Below are positions 53,894 to 63,029 of a stretch of DNA of 64,000 nucleotides, one piece after another. The translations under genes were made by a program, and so were the position numbers. The notes under the pieces are model-generated. The model saw only the letters and a program-made list of their open reading frames with translations. It was not told the origin of the DNA and made no database searches. Within the stretch, counting starts at the first letter, position 1, and each line of letters begins with the position of its first letter. The stretch comes from Dehalococcoidia bacterium (GTDB lineage: Bacteria > Chloroflexota > Dehalococcoidia > Lucifugimonadales > QGNO01), in the NCBI GenBank assembly GCA_965116555.1, contig OZ220698.1:984709-1048708 (forward strand). Reading direction: 5' to 3'.

Positions 53894-54994
53894 TCACGAA
53901 AGTATGTCCTGCAGCGCTTCCACCAGCGCCTGGTTGTGTTCCGGCAGACCCACGCTGATCCGTATGTAATCCTGCAATTGCGGATTATTGTAGTAGCGAA
54001 CGAAGACGCCGCGCTTGGCAAGCTCTTCATAAACGTACATCCCGTTGCCGCCCTGAATGCGACAAAGAATGAAGTTGGCATGGGACGGCACCGGCGCCAG
54101 TCCCGTCATGCCCTGCAGCCTGCTGAACAACGCGTCTCTATGACGCACGATCTCTTCCACGCGTGACAGGAGCAGCTCCTTGTCCTCAAGCGAGGCGTAC
54201 AGCCCTATCTCCGCGGCTATGGAGACGTTGTACGGAGGTTTGATCACAAGCATGCGCTCGGCTACCTCAGGACTCATTATGCCGTAGCCTATTCTGAGAC
54301 CCGCCAGCCCCGCCCATTTGCTGAATGTCCTCAGCACAACCAGGTTGGGGTATTCCGGCAGAAGGTGGGCCATGGTTGCCTTGGAGAACTCGTGGTACGC
54401 CTCATCCACTACCACCAGGACGTTCAACTCAAGGAGGCTTCTCACCGTGTCCTCACTTAACAGGTTGCCCGTAGGATTATTGGGCAAGGTCAGGAAGAGT
54501 ATTTTGGCATTCTCGTGGTCAGCGGCTCGGCGCGCTTCCTCTATGTCCACGTCAAACGTCTCATCCAGTGGAATGGACACCGTCCGGCCCCCCACCAGGT
54601 CAGTGAACACGCCGTACATCTCAAAGCCCGGCGAAAAGCGGATAACCCGATCGCCGGGGCCCACAAAGAGGCGCAGCAACAGGTCAATTATCTCGTCGCT
54701 GCCCGCACCGGCTACAATTCGCTCAGGTTCGCTCCCTGCGTACTCGGCAAGCGCCTTTCTCAACCGGCCCTGTCTGGGGTCCGGGTAGATGTTGTAGGCG
54801 CTGTAGTCAGCAAGCGCTTTGGCCACTCTGGGCGAAGTCCCGTACGGGTTTTCGTTCCCGTTGAGCTTAACGACTTTGTCCGGCGAGATGCCTATGCGTT
54901 GAGCCAGCACCTCCGGCGGGTCTACCCCGGCGTACGGCAGCGCCTCCCTCACCTGGGGAAGCATCAGTTTGGTTACGTCCGTAGAATCGTTCAT
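53894..54994 (-). CDS. hisC: Histidinol-phosphate aminotransferase
   Basis: KLNGNENPYG and the PLP-lysine region RTFSKWAGLAGLRIGY. Confidence 0.9.
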   Translation of the reverse strand: MNDSTDVTKLMLPQVREALPYAGVDPPEVLAQRIGISPDKVVKLNGNENPYGTSPRVAKALADYSAYNIYPDPRQGRLRKALAEYAGSEPERIVAGAGSDEIIDLLLRLFVGPGDRVIRFSPGFEMYGVFTDLVGGRTVSIPLDETFDVDIEEARRAADHENAKILFLTLPNNPTGNLLSEDTVRSLLELNVLVVVDEAYHEFSKATMAHLLPEYPNLVVLRTFSKWAGLAGLRIGYGIMSPEVAERMLVIKPPYNVSIAAEIGLYASLEDKELLLSRVEEIVRHRDALFSRLQGMTGLAPVPSHANFILCRIQGGNGMYVYEELAKRGVFVRYYNNPQLQDYIRISVGLPEHNQALVEALQDILS

Positions 54995-54998
54995 CTGC

Positions 54999-56324
54999 CT
55001 ATGAAGGTCTCCTTTGTTCTCTTCTCAGCTCTACGGCCCGTGCGTGACCCGTTAGGCCTTCCGCGCGGGCCAGGATCGCCGCTGGCTTTGCGAGTGCGTC
55101 CGCATCCGATTCATTCAGCGACACCACGGGGAACCGCTTCACGAATTGATCGGAGCCCAGGTAAGAAGCAAACCTGGCCGTGCCGTGCGTCGGAATGGTG
55201 TGGCTGGGCCCTGCTATGTAATCGCCCAGCACCTCTCCTGAATTGTGCCCCAGAAAGAGCGCGCCTACATGGCGTATTTTGGGCTTCAATGCCCAGGGGT
55301 CATTGACCAGCAGGGTGAGGTGCTCCGGGGCAAACAGGTTGGCAACTTCCACCGCCTGGTCAAGGTCGTCTACAATGAAGATGACTCCTTGGCCGTCCAC
55401 TGCCCCACGGACTATCTCCCTGCGCTCAAGCGTCTCCATCTGCAGTTCCATCTCGGCCATCACCTTGTCAGCCAGTGCCTCGGAATCGGTGGCCATGGCC
55501 GGGGAAGCCATAACGTCGTGCTCCGCCTGCCCAAGGAGGTCCGCCGCACAGATCCCGGGGTCTGCATGCTCGTCCGCAACTATCATAGTCTCGGTCGGCC
55601 CGAAGATGCCGTCAATGCCCACGTTTCCAAACACCATCTTCTTGGCCAGCGTAACGAATATGTTCCCCGGGCCGCATATCTTGTGGACGGCGGGCACCGA
55701 CTCCGTACCGTAGGCCATGGCCGCAATAGCCTGCGCCCCGCCTATGCGAAACACGCGATCCACTCCCGCCGCGTAAGCTGCAGCCAGCACAACGTTGGCC
55801 TGGTCGCCCTTTACGGGAGTGCACATCACTATCTCGTCCACTCCGGCGGAGCGGGCAGTGACCACCGTCATAAGCACTGTCGATGGATAGGCGGCCGTGC
55901 CCCCCGGAGCATACACGCCGACTCGTTCCAACGGGGACACGGTTTCGCCCAGGCCTGTGGTCTCGTCGAACCACGACTTGGGGAGAGACGCTTTGGCAAA
56001 GCTGCCTATGCGTGCGGCGGCGGCCTGCATGGCGTCGCGGAGCTCCTCAGGCAGCGAGTTGTAGGCGCGCTCCATGTCCTCCCGGTCGACTTCCAGGTCA
56101 TCGTAGTCAACGCCGTCTATGCGCCTGGAGAACTCTTTGACCGCCTCGTCGCCCCGGAGCCGCACCTCATCGAGTATGTAAGTGACCACCTCCGACAGAG
56201 ACATAGCCCTGCCGAAGATATTCTCTATGCCCTTTGCCACCGCCTCTGGAACGGCATCGGACTCTATGCTGCCACGGCCGGCAATATGAAGTTTGGCCTC
56301 TTCCAGGCCACGGAGAATCCTCAT
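54999..56324 (-). CDS. hisD: Histidinol dehydrogenase
   Basis: 441 aa. Contains GGAQAIAAMAYGT and AEHD; the PSHTIPT context reads GDYIAGPSHTIPTHGTARF. Confidence 0.95.
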   Translation of the reverse strand: MRILRGLEEAKLHIAGRGSIESDAVPEAVAKGIENIFGRAMSLSEVVTYILDEVRLRGDEAVKEFSRRIDGVDYDDLEVDREDMERAYNSLPEELRDAMQAAAARIGSFAKASLPKSWFDETTGLGETVSPLERVGVYAPGGTAAYPSTVLMTVVTARSAGVDEIVMCTPVKGDQANVVLAAAYAAGVDRVFRIGGAQAIAAMAYGTESVPAVHKICGPGNIFVTLAKKMVFGNVGIDGIFGPTETMIVADEHADPGICAADLLGQAEHDVMASPAMATDSEALADKVMAEMELQMETLERREIVRGAVDGQGVIFIVDDLDQAVEVANLFAPEHLTLLVNDPWALKPKIRHVGALFLGHNSGEVLGDYIAGPSHTIPTHGTARFASYLGSDQFVKRFPVVSLNESDADALAKPAAILARAEGLTGHARAVELRREQRRPS

Positions 56325-56360
56325 GCAAACACCAACTTAGCTAGTTGAAAGAACAGGCTA

Positions 56361-57395
56361 TCAGCCTTCGCCCAGCGCTCTGAGGAGCCCCTGGAACGCC
56401 ACGGACTCTTCATGATACACGTATCTGGGCTGGACCGCGGATATTCCGGTAGCTCCAATGGACCTGAAGTGATCAAGCGACTCTTGCAGACTCGCTTGGG
56501 GGACCACCACGGTCACAGCGTACCAACCCTCCGCATCCGGCGTATAGACGCGGGCTACCGTTGGGCCCTTCAGTCCTGCTAGATTAGCGCGGGACATCAC
56601 CGCGAGAGCCACCCTATCGGCGGACTCGCCCTGCACGTTGGCGGTGACCCTGAAGTAGTTTCGCGCCTCCAGGTAACCCTCTATCCGCTCTATGAAGCGG
56701 CGCGTCAACTCCTTCTTCACGCCGTTGCTTCCCAGAGACGTTCTGTTTCCTATGAGACACGCTTGAGACTCCATGACTGTCCCGTCCGCCAGGGTCTTGA
56801 GCTGATTTTCCCTCAGCGTGGTGCCCGTGGCCGATATATCCACAATGACATCGGCAAAGCCCATGAGAGGAGCCGCCTCCAGGCTGCCGCTGGACTGGAC
56901 GAGCGTGAAATAGTAGATGCCGCGGCTGAAGAAGAACCTCTGGGTAGACCTGGGATACTTCGTGGCGACACGTAGATCGCGGCCGCGTTCCCTGAATTCT
57001 GCGGCCAGGTCCGCAAGGTCCGCCATCTCCGAGACGTCCAGCCATCCTTGGGGAACGGCGGTCACCAGTTTGCACCTGCTGTAGGACAGGTCATCCATTA
57101 TGGTGAAGCTCTCGCCGTCGTCCAGCTTGTATTCGGCGAATCTATCCAACCCCACGATTCCTATGTCGGCGCTGCCTTCCTCCACCTTGCTGGTGATGTC
57201 GGCGGCGCGTTGGAACAGCACCACCACGTCGCTCAAAGAGCTGAGCCGCCCCATGTAGTGCCGGAAGTTCCCCCTGGACACGCTCATGCCGCACTCAGAA
57301 AGGAACCCCAGCGTCGACTCGTACATCTCGCCGTCGCTGGGTATGGCCAACCTCAGCGTTTCTTCAGGACTTTTTTGTGAAGAGCTATCAAGCAT
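56361..57395 (-). CDS. hisG: ATP phosphoribosyltransferase, long form with C-terminal HisG_C regulatory domain
   Basis: Catalytic core (LRLAIPSDGEMYE.., GFADVIVDISATGTTLREN) plus a C-terminal ACT-like domain (LKGPTVARVY..WYAVTVVV). ATG 57395 overlaps the hisZ-like stop by 8 nt; TTG 57425 is an alternative start. Confidence 0.8.
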   Translation of the reverse strand: MLDSSSQKSPEETLRLAIPSDGEMYESTLGFLSECGMSVSRGNFRHYMGRLSSLSDVVVLFQRAADITSKVEEGSADIGIVGLDRFAEYKLDDGESFTIMDDLSYSRCKLVTAVPQGWLDVSEMADLADLAAEFRERGRDLRVATKYPRSTQRFFFSRGIYYFTLVQSSGSLEAAPLMGFADVIVDISATGTTLRENQLKTLADGTVMESQACLIGNRTSLGSNGVKKELTRRFIERIEGYLEARNYFRVTANVQGESADRVALAVMSRANLAGLKGPTVARVYTPDAEGWYAVTVVVPQASLQESLDHFRSIGATGISAVQPRYVYHEESVAFQGLLRALGEG

Positions 57396-58797
57396 CTTGG
57401 TAAGAGACCTCTCCATTCGCTTCAACTGTTATCACCCGGCTTATCCCCGTTTCCCTGGCATACGACAGGCTGTCCTCCAGGGAACGAGCCGTCACATCCG
57501 AATGCACTCTGCCTCCCAGGCCGCGAAGCCTATCGGCCTCACGCAGAGCGGCCTGAAAGGCCGGTTCGCTGGCAGGCCTGACCAGCACCGCCTCCCCCTG
57601 CTCTTCCCAGGGTCTGCCGCCATCTCCGTTCTGAACTACAGCTTCTACCACACGCTCCAATGACCAGGCGAAGCCCATAGTTGGCACACGCTCCGTCCCC
57701 CCCATGGCCCTGGCAAGGCCGTCGTAGCGGCCTCCTCCACCCAGGGAAGCGCCGTTCAAGCCGGGTCGAGTTAGGTCGAATATGAGGTCGCTGTAGTAAG
57801 CAATCCCCCTTGCCAGGCCGAAGTCCAGCACAACGTCAGCCTCCACTTCATGGCTGGCGAAGGCCTTTAGCGACTCCTCCAAGCGGTCCAGCTCCGCCAA
57901 AGCCCTGGCCGGAAGCTCCATCTCCCTCACACTGCCCAGCGCCTCCGCAATGCTACCTCTCTTCTGGGCGACTTTGCCCAAAAGAGCGGCGGCGTCATCG
58001 AATCCATCTAAGTCGCCCCTCGAACTGTGTTTGCGTATGAACCGCTCGTGAATCTCCGCTGATGTGCGCACGCCCCTGGCGAGTAGATTCGTCCTGCCAA
58101 GGTACTGTTCCAATGCGCTCATGGTGTCCTCCGACGGGCTGCTATCCTGAACTGGGGTCTCGCCGTCGCCCTGGGACAGCCCCAAAACACCGGCTCGCCG
58201 GATCACCTCTTCAACTCCCTCAGCGCCCCGGCGCAGGTCCGATATGCTATTGAGCAGGAACAGTCCCGCCCTGTCGGATATCCCCTGTTCTTCCAACAGC
58301 GCACCAATGAATCCCATGTGGCCTATCACTATTTGACACCTGATCCCCAGCCTCGCCAGGCCCTGGCAAGCTATGGCCATGACCTCCGCGTCCGACCAGG
58401 GGCCGGCGGCGCCTATCAGCTCAGCGCCTGCCTGGGTGAACTGGCGGTATTCGGCCTCATCCATCTCGTATCTGAATACAGGGCCCCGGTACTGCCAGCG
58501 CAGCGGGAATTGACCATCTCCCAGGCCTTGTAGGTAGGCTCTCACCACTGACGAGGTGAATTCAGGCCTCAGGCTTACCCGCCTTCCGCCGGGGTCGGTA
58601 AAGGTGTACATCTTGCTGGCAAGCTCCCCGCCAGACTTCCGCAGGAAAAGCTCCGTCTCTTCCAGCAAAGGGGTGTCAATGCGGCGATAGCCGTAGCCGC
58701 CAAGAAAATCGCCTAAAGTGAGGCCAACCCAACTGAGAATGCGGGTCTGGTCCGGTTGCTGGTCTTGCATGCCTCTAAGGCGCTTTGGTGCTTCCAT
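57388..58797 (-). CDS. hisZ: Histidyl-tRNA-synthetase-like protein in the HisZ position (retains an anticodon-binding-like domain)
   Basis: Class II core motifs LRPEFT, FRYE....YRQFTQAGAE and GGGGRYDGL. Motif 2 lacks the RPQ.GR pattern of HisRS. The C-terminal 90 aa resemble a HisRS anticodon-binding domain. First gene of the his operon. Confidence 0.6.
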   Translation of the reverse strand: MEAPKRLRGMQDQQPDQTRILSWVGLTLGDFLGGYGYRRIDTPLLEETELFLRKSGGELASKMYTFTDPGGRRVSLRPEFTSSVVRAYLQGLGDGQFPLRWQYRGPVFRYEMDEAEYRQFTQAGAELIGAAGPWSDAEVMAIACQGLARLGIRCQIVIGHMGFIGALLEEQGISDRAGLFLLNSISDLRRGAEGVEEVIRRAGVLGLSQGDGETPVQDSSPSEDTMSALEQYLGRTNLLARGVRTSAEIHERFIRKHSSRGDLDGFDDAAALLGKVAQKRGSIAEALGSVREMELPARALAELDRLEESLKAFASHEVEADVVLDFGLARGIAYYSDLIFDLTRPGLNGASLGGGGRYDGLARAMGGTERVPTMGFAWSLERVVEAVVQNGDGGRPWEEQGEAVLVRPASEPAFQAALREADRLRGLGGRVHSDVTARSLEDSLSYARETGISRVITVEANGEVSYQDA

Positions 58798-58880
58798 GAC
58801 TCTTTACACTAGCTTGTCGTGAACTCTATTTTAGCTTAGGGCACGGTTCAGCTTCAATAAACCATGCCCTGGACGGCTGG

Positions 58881-59921
58881 CTACTGCAGCGGCAACGGAG
58901 GCTGCAGCCACTTGCTGGTGTCGTTCACCTCCACCCTTTCAACCCACTTCACCCAATCGTATCCACGCTTGCCGGGTGCCACCAGCCGCACTGGGAACCC
59001 GTGCCAGTGCGAAAGCCTTTCGTCGCCAACCCGCGTTCCAAGTATGTACTCCTCGATTTCCGATAGTGAGAACCGCCGGTAGTAGCCGGTCACCGAGCGC
59101 ACCGTGACGCTGGCGGCCCCCTCTTTGACCCCTGCCCTGTCCAGCAGCTCCCTCAGCGACATTCCAGTCCACTCCTGGGTGGAGTACCAGCCGCCCGTGC
59201 AGTCGATTGTCTCCGTTATGGTCTTGGTGTGAGCGCTGATCTCCTGGAAATCGATATGCAGAGGCGTATCGACCAAGCCAACCACGCTCAGACGCCAGGA
59301 TTCGCTGTCTAGTGGAGCGGGCCTATCATTGAGCCATGAAACGGCGGGGAAGGCGTTTCCGGAGAAGCTGGCGGCATGGTACGAGCCGGTGAACCTGCGG
59401 CCCGCCCCGGGCAATGACCAAGCCGACAAAGCCGTTTCGCTGAGCCGCCACAGAACGAGTCCCCCCACGGCTACCCCGCCGTATCTGAGGAAGACCCGCC
59501 TATCCGCCCAGAAGCGCGGCTTCAGGCTCCATTTGTGGAACACCACATGCCAGGCCACAAGCGGCACAAGGGCAACCGACACATAGATATGCCAGCTCAC
59601 TCCGCTGAATCCAAGGAAATAGAACGAACCGACGTTGCTCCAGATCAGTCCGAGCAGAAGTGACGTCAGCAGCAAGCCCAGCGCAACGGTAAATACGGTG
59701 AAGTTGACCGGCTGTCGCTTCCACCTGCTCCGCCTGCGCAATGGTGGAATAATGTTCCTCGACTTCCACAGTAAGACCAAGGCTATGCTGAAACCGGCCA
59801 CGCGGTGTATCTGAAGGGCAATGGCCCTATCCGGCGCGCCCCATATGAGACCCAAGAGGCCCGTCGCCAGCTCCACGGTGCCCATTATCAGCAGCAGAAT
59901 GTTCGCCCAAGGATATCTCAT
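58881..59921 (-). CDS. Molybdopterin-dependent oxidoreductase (sulfite-oxidase/MsrP-like) fused to an N-terminal polytopic membrane domain
   Basis: About 5 TM with conserved His residues (QIHRVAG, SWHIYV, AWHVVFH), then a Mo domain IDCTGGWYSTQEWTGMSL...HGFPVRLVAPGKRGYDWVKWV. Confidence 0.7.
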   Translation of the reverse strand: MRYPWANILLLIMGTVELATGLLGLIWGAPDRAIALQIHRVAGFSIALVLLWKSRNIIPPLRRRSRWKRQPVNFTVFTVALGLLLTSLLLGLIWSNVGSFYFLGFSGVSWHIYVSVALVPLVAWHVVFHKWSLKPRFWADRRVFLRYGGVAVGGLVLWRLSETALSAWSLPGAGRRFTGSYHAASFSGNAFPAVSWLNDRPAPLDSESWRLSVVGLVDTPLHIDFQEISAHTKTITETIDCTGGWYSTQEWTGMSLRELLDRAGVKEGAASVTVRSVTGYYRRFSLSEIEEYILGTRVGDERLSHWHGFPVRLVAPGKRGYDWVKWVERVEVNDTSKWLQPPLPLQ

Positions 59922-60006
59922 AAAGGCTTTTTCCTATTGAGACGTTCTCATTGCAAATGTATACACCAAGAGTACCCTTAAATCCCCCTATTTCCAATGC
60001 TAGAAT

Positions 60007-61923
60007 GTGTCTGAGATGTCGATGACCCCGCTGGCCATATCCGATCGCCTGAAAGCCACCCCTACCCTGCCCGGCGTATACATGATGCGCAACGAGGAAG
60101 GGGATGTCATCTACGTTGGCAAAGCGGCCAATCTGCGCAGCCGCCTGCGTAGCTACTTCGGCTCGCCCAGCAACATGGAGCCACGAGTACGCAACCTGGT
60201 GGCCAGCATCGCAGATTTTGAGTACACCGTCGCCGAGACCGGGGCGGAAGCGCTCCTCCTGGAAAACACGCTGATCAAGAGGTACAAGCCCAGGTACAAC
60301 GCCAGGCTTAAAGACGACAAGACCTACCCATTCATCAAAATAGACCTCAACGAGGATTTTCCGCAGCTCTACTTCACCCGGCGCATCCAGAACGACAAAG
60401 CCCGTTACTTCGGCCCCTTCGCCAGCGCCGGTTCGGTGCGCACCACCATGGCGCTGCTCAAGAAGCTGTTCCCCTACAGGTCCTGCACCAAGGTCATCAC
60501 CGGCAACGACCCCAGGCCCTGCTTGGAATACTACATAAACCGCTGCGCCGCCCCGTGCATAGGCATTGTAAACAAAGAAGAGTACCGGGAGATCATAGAC
60601 CAGGTAATCATGTTCATGGAAGGCAAGACCGACCAGGTGCTCCGCGATCTCACCAAGAAGATGCGCTCTGCTTCGGAACAGCTGCAGTTTGAGAGGGCAG
60701 CCGCCCTCAGGGACCAGATAAGGGCTATAGAACGGGTCAACGAGAACCAGAAGGTGGTCTCGCAAGACCGCTCGGATCAGGACGCCATTGCCTTTGCCGC
60801 TAGCGGCAACGAAGCCTGGGTCGAAGTCTTCTATGTACGTCAGGGCAAGCTGACCGGAAGAGACCACTTCATTGTGGAGGGCATCCGAGAAGACGCGCCC
60901 CCTCAAATCATGGAGACATTCATCAAGCAGTTCTACGATACCGCGCCCCACGTGCCCAGAGAGGTGCTCCTACAGCACGACGCAGGCAATGACAAGCCCC
61001 TCATCGAGGAGTGGCTCAGCAAAAAGCGAGGCACCAAGGTGCGGCTGCTCGCCCCGCAGCGCGGGGTAAAACGTCATTTGGTGCAAATGGTGGCTGACAA
61101 TGCGGCTCAGGGCCTGCAACAGCGGGCAGTCAAATGGCTTTCCGATACCAACAATCTACAACAGGCCATGAACGAGGTTTCGGAGGCGCTGAGCCTGCCC
61201 AGGCTGCCCAGCCGCATGGAGTGTTACGACATCTCTAACATCCAGGGCAGCAATCCCGTCGGCTCTATGGTGGTCTTCGAAGAAGGCAGACCCAAGAACG
61301 GGCACTATCGCCGTTTCCGCATCAAGTCCGTGGAAGGCGTAGACGATTACTCAATGATGCAGGAGATGCTGCGTCGCAGGTTCCGCAAGTTGGGGGAACA
61401 GCTACAAAGCCTCAACGACGACGCAGACTCTGATGGGCAGAATGGCACTACGCCCTCGAATGGTCAACACGCTAATGGAGAGACCTGGGGCATCATACCC
61501 GACTTGGTCCTGATCGACGGCGGGAAGGGTCATTTATCGGCTGCCCTTCAGGTGTTCCTTGAGCTGGGTTTGGTGGACAGAATCCCAATTGCCAGCCTGG
61601 CCAAGGAGCGCGAGGAGCTGTTTCTCCCCCACGACCCGGACCCAATACTCCTTCCCAAGGGGTCTCAGGGCCTGTTCTTGGTGCAACGCATCCGCGACGA
61701 GGCCCACAGATTCGCCGTCACCTACCACCGTCAGAGACGCAGCAAAGGCGCGGTGAGGTCATTGCTGGACTCCGTACCGGGCGTGGGCCCAAAGAAGCGC
61801 AGGATGCTCATTCAGAAGTTCGGCTCGGTGGCCGGAGTAAAGGAGGCGTCATTGCCTGAGCTTGCCGAGGTGCCCGGCGTCAACATGGCGCTAGCCGAAA
61901 AGATCAAAGAGCACCTGGGCTAA
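60007..61923 (+). CDS. uvrC: Excinuclease ABC subunit C
   Basis: GIY-YIG (PGVYMMRNEEGDVIYVGKAANLRSR), a UVR domain, the endonuclease domain and C-terminal HhH2. The start is uncertain: GTG 60007, or ATG 60016 or 60022. Confidence 0.95.
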   Translation: MSEMSMTPLAISDRLKATPTLPGVYMMRNEEGDVIYVGKAANLRSRLRSYFGSPSNMEPRVRNLVASIADFEYTVAETGAEALLLENTLIKRYKPRYNARLKDDKTYPFIKIDLNEDFPQLYFTRRIQNDKARYFGPFASAGSVRTTMALLKKLFPYRSCTKVITGNDPRPCLEYYINRCAAPCIGIVNKEEYREIIDQVIMFMEGKTDQVLRDLTKKMRSASEQLQFERAAALRDQIRAIERVNENQKVVSQDRSDQDAIAFAASGNEAWVEVFYVRQGKLTGRDHFIVEGIREDAPPQIMETFIKQFYDTAPHVPREVLLQHDAGNDKPLIEEWLSKKRGTKVRLLAPQRGVKRHLVQMVADNAAQGLQQRAVKWLSDTNNLQQAMNEVSEALSLPRLPSRMECYDISNIQGSNPVGSMVVFEEGRPKNGHYRRFRIKSVEGVDDYSMMQEMLRRRFRKLGEQLQSLNDDADSDGQNGTTPSNGQHANGETWGIIPDLVLIDGGKGHLSAALQVFLELGLVDRIPIASLAKEREELFLPHDPDPILLPKGSQGLFLVQRIRDEAHRFAVTYHRQRRSKGAVRSLLDSVPGVGPKKRRMLIQKFGSVAGVKEASLPELAEVPGVNMALAEKIKEHLG

Positions 61924-62297
61924 TGGCCTGCTGACTCTACAAAGCTGCCCAGCCCTCTGGACATGGCGGCCTCATCTTGATAACGCTCCAGCAGTACCTC
62001 TATACCTGGTACGCCAAGGGGCAAAGCCGATATGGCTATCGCGCGGTAGAATGTTCCGTTGGGAACCGTAACGTCCACGTGCTCGCCAATTCCAGGGACC
62101 TGCACACCCAAAGCCTTGGCCATCTCACCGGCCTGAGCCAAGCCGAGGCGATTGGCATAGCACCTGGTGACTGCCCTTCCGTCGTGCAGAAGCGTTGTGC
62201 CGCTTTTGCCGCGCCGCAACCGCAGCCTTATGGCGCCACGAGGGCGCTCCATTAGCTTTTCAGCGTAATCAAGCGCCCTCTTTCTGCTGACTCCCAC
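61920..62297 (-). CDS. Hypothetical protein (125 aa)
   Basis: ORF 15 bp downstream of the 62313..63029 gene. Its stop overlaps the uvrC stop (convergent). I recognise no family. Confidence 0.45.
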   Translation of the reverse strand: MGVSRKRALDYAEKLMERPRGAIRLRLRRGKSGTTLLHDGRAVTRCYANRLGLAQAGEMAKALGVQVPGIGEHVDVTVPNGTFYRAIAISALPLGVPGIEVLLERYQDEAAMSRGLGSFVESAGH

Positions 62298-62312
62298 CCG
62301 TGCTCGCCTGGG

Positions 62313-63029
62313 CTACGTTTGCCTCGTTACAGCCGCTTCGTGTTGCTCTTCCTCCAAGGTTACCTTGAGCGCCTTGAGCAAGTTTATAGCAACATCCAGG
62401 TATTCGGCTGTCAGAGGCGACGTAAGGCGCGCACTACCAGCAGCAAGGTAAAGTCCTGATGCGTCCCCCATGGCCTCAGCAAACGGCCCTGTGTCCGTGG
62501 CTGAAGATGGGGATGGCGCCGGCTGCACGTTGGCAACCGGTGCGGTTTCTGAAGCGTCAGAAGCGCTCTTCATAATCCTGGCGGCATCTATGAGATGCTT
62601 CTGAATTAGCGTGAACCGGCGTATTATCTCTTCCCGCGGAGCCTTGGTTATCTCCTCCAGCGCAATGAGAAGCGTGGAGTCGTCCGGCGACTCGCCGTTG
62701 AACTTGTCGTAGAGGGCTCTCAGCAGGTCTATCCTCTGGAACGATTGCACCCTTGCCCAGCGGCCCTCGCCGGGATTGGCCGGGTGTAAGATCTTCCGGC
62801 AGAGGTCGGTTACTCTCAACTCACCCCTGCCCTCCACCAGGCCAAAATCGCGTAATGCGGCCACTTTGGCAAACAGCGTGCCGCTGTTCTCCGCCATTCC
62901 CAGCTCCCAGGCCAGGCCCTTGACGCCAACGCCGCCCTTGAATTTAGCCAGGATTCTGGCCGCGATTTCCACGGCGTCTCCAAACCTAATATCCGGATAT
63001 GAGTATGTTCCCAGCTTTGCCATTAGCAA
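62313..63029 (-). CDS. Hypothetical protein with probable N-terminal winged-helix domain (238 aa)
   Basis: GLAWELGMAENSGTLFAKVAALRDFGLVEG resembles a wHTH recognition helix plus wing. Ala/Pro/Ser-rich linker and a helical C-terminus. I recognise no family. Confidence 0.5.
   Translation of the reverse strand: MLMAKLGTYSYPDIRFGDAVEIAARILAKFKGGVGVKGLAWELGMAENSGTLFAKVAALRDFGLVEGRGELRVTDLCRKILHPANPGEGRWARVQSFQRIDLLRALYDKFNGESPDDSTLLIALEEITKAPREEIIRRFTLIQKHLIDAARIMKSASDASETAPVANVQPAPSPSSATDTGPFAEAMGDASGLYLAAGSARLTSPLTAEYLDVAINLLKALKVTLEEEQHEAAVTRQT

Noticed and set aside
53857-54081. N-terminal 75 codons of the track ORF 53233..54081
   Set aside because: This part overlaps the 3' end of hisC. HisB homology begins after ATG 53856, which has an AGGAG RBS.
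55245-56348. 367-aa ORF on the plus strand
   Set aside because: Antisense to hisD. No recognisable domains. Shadow ORF.
58841-58871. Hairpin gggcacgg...ccatgccc as terminator of the Mo-oxidoreductase gene
   Set aside because: Imperfect stem and no U-tract on the minus strand. Too weak to call.
59827-60951. 374-aa ORF on the minus strand
   Set aside because: It lies entirely antisense to uvrC, whose translation has unmistakable GIY-YIG/UvrC motifs. Its composition (Gly/Ala/Val/Arg-rich, no motifs) is typical of a GC-rich shadow ORF.
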